DNA from: Bacteroidota bacterium
Lineage (GTDB): Bacteria; Bacteroidota; Bacteroidia; Bacteroidales; VadinHA17
Assembly: GCA_043800695.1 (NCBI GenBank)
Contig: JAZDMU010000019.1
Location: 84,364-148,363 of the forward strand
Direction of reading: 5' to 3'
DNA: 64,000 nucleotides
Below are positions 61,107-64,000 of this stretch, piece after piece. Each line of letters begins with the position of its first letter. Positions within the stretch are counted from its first letter, which is position 1. A program made the translations under genes and the position numbers. Below the pieces are notes generated by a model, which was not told the origin of the DNA, made no database searches, and worked only from the letters and a program-made list of their open reading frames with translations.

Positions 61107-62651
61107 ATGGCACTTAATAAAAAAATCAGAGAACTGCACGAAAAGCGCGAAAAACTTCTGCTCGGAGGCGGTGAACAGGCGATCGAAAAGCAGAAAGCTA
61201 TGGGAAAAAGAACTGCCCGCGAGAGAATAATGGCGCTGCTCGACACCGATTCCTTCAATGAATATGACCTGTTCGTGGAGCATGATGCCCGCGACTTTGA
61301 CATGGAAAAGAAGTCGCTTCCCAGCGACGGAGTAATTATTGGCAGCGGAACCATTTACGGAGCACCCGTTGCAATATATGCTCAGGATTTCACTGTTGCT
61401 GGAGGATCATTGGGATTGATGCATTCCAGGAAGATCACAAAGATAATGGACCATGCCCTGAAAATGAGGATGCCACTGATCGGGATCAACGATTCGGGAG
61501 GAGCAAGGATACAGGAGGGAGTCAACTCGCTTGCAGGTTACGGCGAAATCTTTTTCCGGAACACTATATCGAGCGGAGTGATACCTCAGATATCGGTAAT
61601 ACTGGGTCCCTGCGCGGGAGGAGCGGTCTATTCGCCGGCGCTCACCGATTTTGTATTTGTGGTCGATAATATTTCCAAAATGTTCATCACGGGGCCTGAA
61701 GTAATAAAGACGGTGCTCGGCGAAGAGATATCAATGGAAGAGCTAGGGGGCGCCAGGATACAAAGCGAAATTACCGGGAATGCGCATTTCTTTGCAAAGA
61801 GCGAAGAGGAGTGCTTCGATCAGATCAAAAAGCTGATAACCTTCATCCCCTGGAGCAATGAAAGAAAGGCTAAGCCGTTTGAACCGGCTGAGCCGAAGCC
61901 TGAATACAACATCGAAAAGATCGTCCCCGATGATCCCACCCTGCCATATGATGTTAAAGATGTGATACGTGCCATTGTCGATAACTCCGATTTCTTTGAG
62001 ATAATGGAAAACTATGCAAGGAATATCGTAATAGGTTTTGGCAGAATGAATGGTAAAACGACGGGATTTGTTGCAAACCAGCCTCTTGAGATGGCCGGTG
62101 TGCTTGATGTCGATTCATCCGATAAAGCAGCGAGGTTCATTCGCTATTGCGACGCATTCAACATCCCGATAATCACGCTGGTCGACCTGCCGGGCTACAT
62201 GCCGGGAGTTGATCAGGAACATGCAGGAGTTATAAGGCATGGAGCAAAGGTTCTCTATGCTTACAGCGAGGCTACAGTGCCTAAAATTACGGTTATCATC
62301 CGAAAAGCATACGGAGGCGGATATATAGCGATGGCTTCACGCCATCTCAGGGCTGATTTTGTATTTGCATGGCCCGGCGCTGAAATAGCTGTGATGGGGC
62401 CCGAAGGCGCTGCAAACATCATTTTCAAAAAAGAGATATTGTCGTCAGACGATCCTGACGGGACACGCAAACAGAAGGTTGCAGAGTACAAGGAAAAATT
62501 CGCAAATCCTTATGTGGCAGCCTCCCGCGGATATGTTGATGCGGTGATCGAGCCTTCGGAAACAAGGAAGTTTTTGCTGCATTCGATCAACGTATCAGAG
62601 AACAAGTCAATACAGATGCCTCTCAAAAAGCATGGTCTTCCTCCTTTTTGA
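61107..62651 (+). CDS. acyl-CoA carboxyltransferase (methylmalonyl-CoA decarboxylase alpha / propionyl-CoA carboxylase beta type)
   Basis: Has GGGEQAIEKQKAMGKRTARERI, DFTVAGGSLG and NDSGGARIQEG. 514 aa. Confidence 0.92.
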   Translation: MALNKKIRELHEKREKLLLGGGEQAIEKQKAMGKRTARERIMALLDTDSFNEYDLFVEHDARDFDMEKKSLPSDGVIIGSGTIYGAPVAIYAQDFTVAGGSLGLMHSRKITKIMDHALKMRMPLIGINDSGGARIQEGVNSLAGYGEIFFRNTISSGVIPQISVILGPCAGGAVYSPALTDFVFVVDNISKMFITGPEVIKTVLGEEISMEELGGARIQSEITGNAHFFAKSEEECFDQIKKLITFIPWSNERKAKPFEPAEPKPEYNIEKIVPDDPTLPYDVKDVIRAIVDNSDFFEIMENYARNIVIGFGRMNGKTTGFVANQPLEMAGVLDVDSSDKAARFIRYCDAFNIPIITLVDLPGYMPGVDQEHAGVIRHGAKVLYAYSEATVPKITVIIRKAYGGGYIAMASRHLRADFVFAWPGAEIAVMGPEGAANIIFKKEILSSDDPDGTRKQKVAEYKEKFANPYVAASRGYVDAVIEPSETRKFLLHSINVSENKSIQMPLKKHGLPPF

Positions 62652-62676
62652 TCGCCTGCATTAACTTAAAAATTTA

Positions 62677-63000
62677 ATGAAAATGGATCAGTTAAAAAAT
62701 ATCGAAACGCTCCGGCTATATACAGGGTTTTATAAAACAAGGCTGAACGCAAGGTTCAAAGCCCGAAAGCCTTATAAGCCTGACAATCCAAAAATAATTC
62801 TCAGTTTTATCCCGGGAACCATCCTCGACATACTTGTAAAGCCGGGAGAGCAGGTTAAAAAGGGTGACACACTGATGATACTTGAGGCCATGAAGATGCA
62901 GAACAATCTCAAGAGTAAGGATGACGGCAAGGTGAAAAGAATTGCAGTTAAGAAAGGCGATAAGGTGTCAAAAGGGAGTATCCTTCTTGAGCTGGATTAA
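62677..63000 (+). CDS. small biotinyl-domain carrier protein
   Basis: Carries the biotinylation motif LEAMKMQN within a lipoyl/biotinyl fold. 107 aa. Confidence 0.85.
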   Translation: MKMDQLKNIETLRLYTGFYKTRLNARFKARKPYKPDNPKIILSFIPGTILDILVKPGEQVKKGDTLMILEAMKMQNNLKSKDDGKVKRIAVKKGDKVSKGSILLELD

Positions 63001-63002
63001 TT

Positions 63003-63821
63003 TCAGAGACTTCCCTGGTAAATAAGATAATCCTTGATTTTTCCCCTGACAGCGGGTTTGTCTTTGAATATACCGAACACAGTTGATCCGCTTCCCGTCA
63101 TTGAACTGTAGACCGCGCCAGATTTGTAAAGCGCCTTTCTGAGCTCTCCGACCTGGGGGTATACCTTGAAAACAAAATCCTCAAAATCATTCAATATAGT
63201 TTTCTTCCATCCCGATACCGGTCCTTTAATCAGTTCTTCAAGTTTTTTATCCTGTTCAGCAGGAGTGCAATTATGGTAGGCTTCCTTCGTGCTTATATTA
63301 ATTCGCGGATTCAGAAGGACAATGTAATATCCGTCCAGGACCGGATCGACCGGTTTGAGTATCTCTCCCCGCCCGGTGCCGGCTGAGGGCACAGGATCCA
63401 GGAAGAACGGACAGTCGCTGCCAAGTTCCATCGCAATCTCATTCATCTCTTCACCGGCGATCCCGAACCTGAAACATTTATTGATGCTCTTTATCATGCA
63501 TGAGGCGTCAGATGAGCCGCCGCCGAGTCCGGCCCCAGCCGGGATCGCTTTATGAAGATGTATCTTAAGAGGGGGCACCGGATACCTCGACCTCATTCTT
63601 CTTATGGCCTTCATGACAAGATTCTTTTCAGTCTTCGTCCTGATGTCAATGCCGGTGATAACAAGCTCATCCTCCTTCGCCTTCCCCCGCTGCACAACAA
63701 ATTCCAGAGCATCCGACAAAGCTATGGGATAGAAGATGGTTTCAATATTATGGAAACCATCATCGCGCTTTTCGATGACCCGGAGTCCGAGATTGATCTT
63801 TGCTTTCGGAAATGAAATCAT
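63003..63821 (-). CDS. ispE: 4-diphosphocytidyl-2-C-methyl-D-erythritol kinase
   Basis: GHMP kinase with PKAKINLGLRV and IPAGAGLGGGSSDA. Confidence 0.9.
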   Translation of the reverse strand: MISFPKAKINLGLRVIEKRDDGFHNIETIFYPIALSDALEFVVQRGKAKEDELVITGIDIRTKTEKNLVMKAIRRMRSRYPVPPLKIHLHKAIPAGAGLGGGSSDASCMIKSINKCFRFGIAGEEMNEIAMELGSDCPFFLDPVPSAGTGRGEILKPVDPVLDGYYIVLLNPRINISTKEAYHNCTPAEQDKKLEELIKGPVSGWKKTILNDFEDFVFKVYPQVGELRKALYKSGAVYSSMTGSGSTVFGIFKDKPAVRGKIKDYLIYQGSL

Positions 63822-64000
63822 ATACCGGCATTTTGTGTAAAAATACCATTAGGTTTTGAATAATTCACCACTATTGATCTTTATAGCTTTTCAACAAGTT
63901 TTAAACATGATCTGTTTGTAATATTAAGTTCGTACATAGAACAGCAGGTTTCCTAATTCATACCTTTGAAACTTCCGGAGAGAATGAATACATCTTCTGT

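Noticed and set aside
63822-64000. A possible gene start (ATG at 63984) or an ncRNA in the terminal 179 nt.
   Set aside because: Too little sequence is available to support either. I recognised no conserved RNA motif or tRNA-like structure.

Overview
This is a tightly packed chromosomal segment of about 50 protein genes on both strands, and it looks like a Bacteroidota genome. Supporting signs are a T9SS C-terminal sorting domain, lipoprotein-type exported glycosidases, a Nudix-type AraR, an SPT-like gene, TAnnTTTG -7 boxes and almost no Shine-Dalgarno sites.

Layout:
- 0-8 kb: SPT fragment, an SRD5A-like reductase, a soluble MgtE-type sensor followed by an NRMT-type NRAMP, a BNR/SSS pair and an acyltransferase.
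- 8-29.6 kb: an L-arabinose catabolic block (SGLT-type symporter, araA, Nudix araR, araD, araB) running straight into exported glycan enzymes. These are GH51, GH127, an uncharacterised beta-helix lipoprotein, a cytoplasmic chorismatase-like protein, GH31-PA14, a SASA-type esterase, a lipoprotein GalM and GH3-PA14. A GH2 lies at 36.4 kb. There is no SusC/SusD pair.
- 29.6-64 kb: mostly housekeeping genes (APC permease, rsmF-like, anSME, fhs, thpR, pcm, gcvP, ddl, rluD, rpmH, rsmG, ECF sigma, tgt, lptF/G-like, acyl-CoA carboxyltransferase, ispE).

I recognised no rRNA, tRNA, CRISPR, transposase, integrase or defence-type genes, and I see no convincing new multi-gene system.

The items most worth a second look are:
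1. The split MgtE-sensor/NRMT pair, which also has an unusual perfect SD.
2. Two families of intergenic structured repeats that fill the spacers after genes: a GC-rich 'GAGAGGGG..GGGGTGAGG' hairpin/tandem family and a 'CACNAAG-word' hairpin family.
3. Two 7-bp tandem arrays. One makes up the entire spacer before galM. The other encodes the C-terminal tail of the anSME.
4. Out-of-context genes in the glycan cluster (chorismatase-like, beta-helix lipoprotein).
5. A translationally coupled URO-D-like/oxidoreductase pair.
6. A decayed lemA-TPM remnant.

All family calls come from motif recognition by eye and no database search was run.
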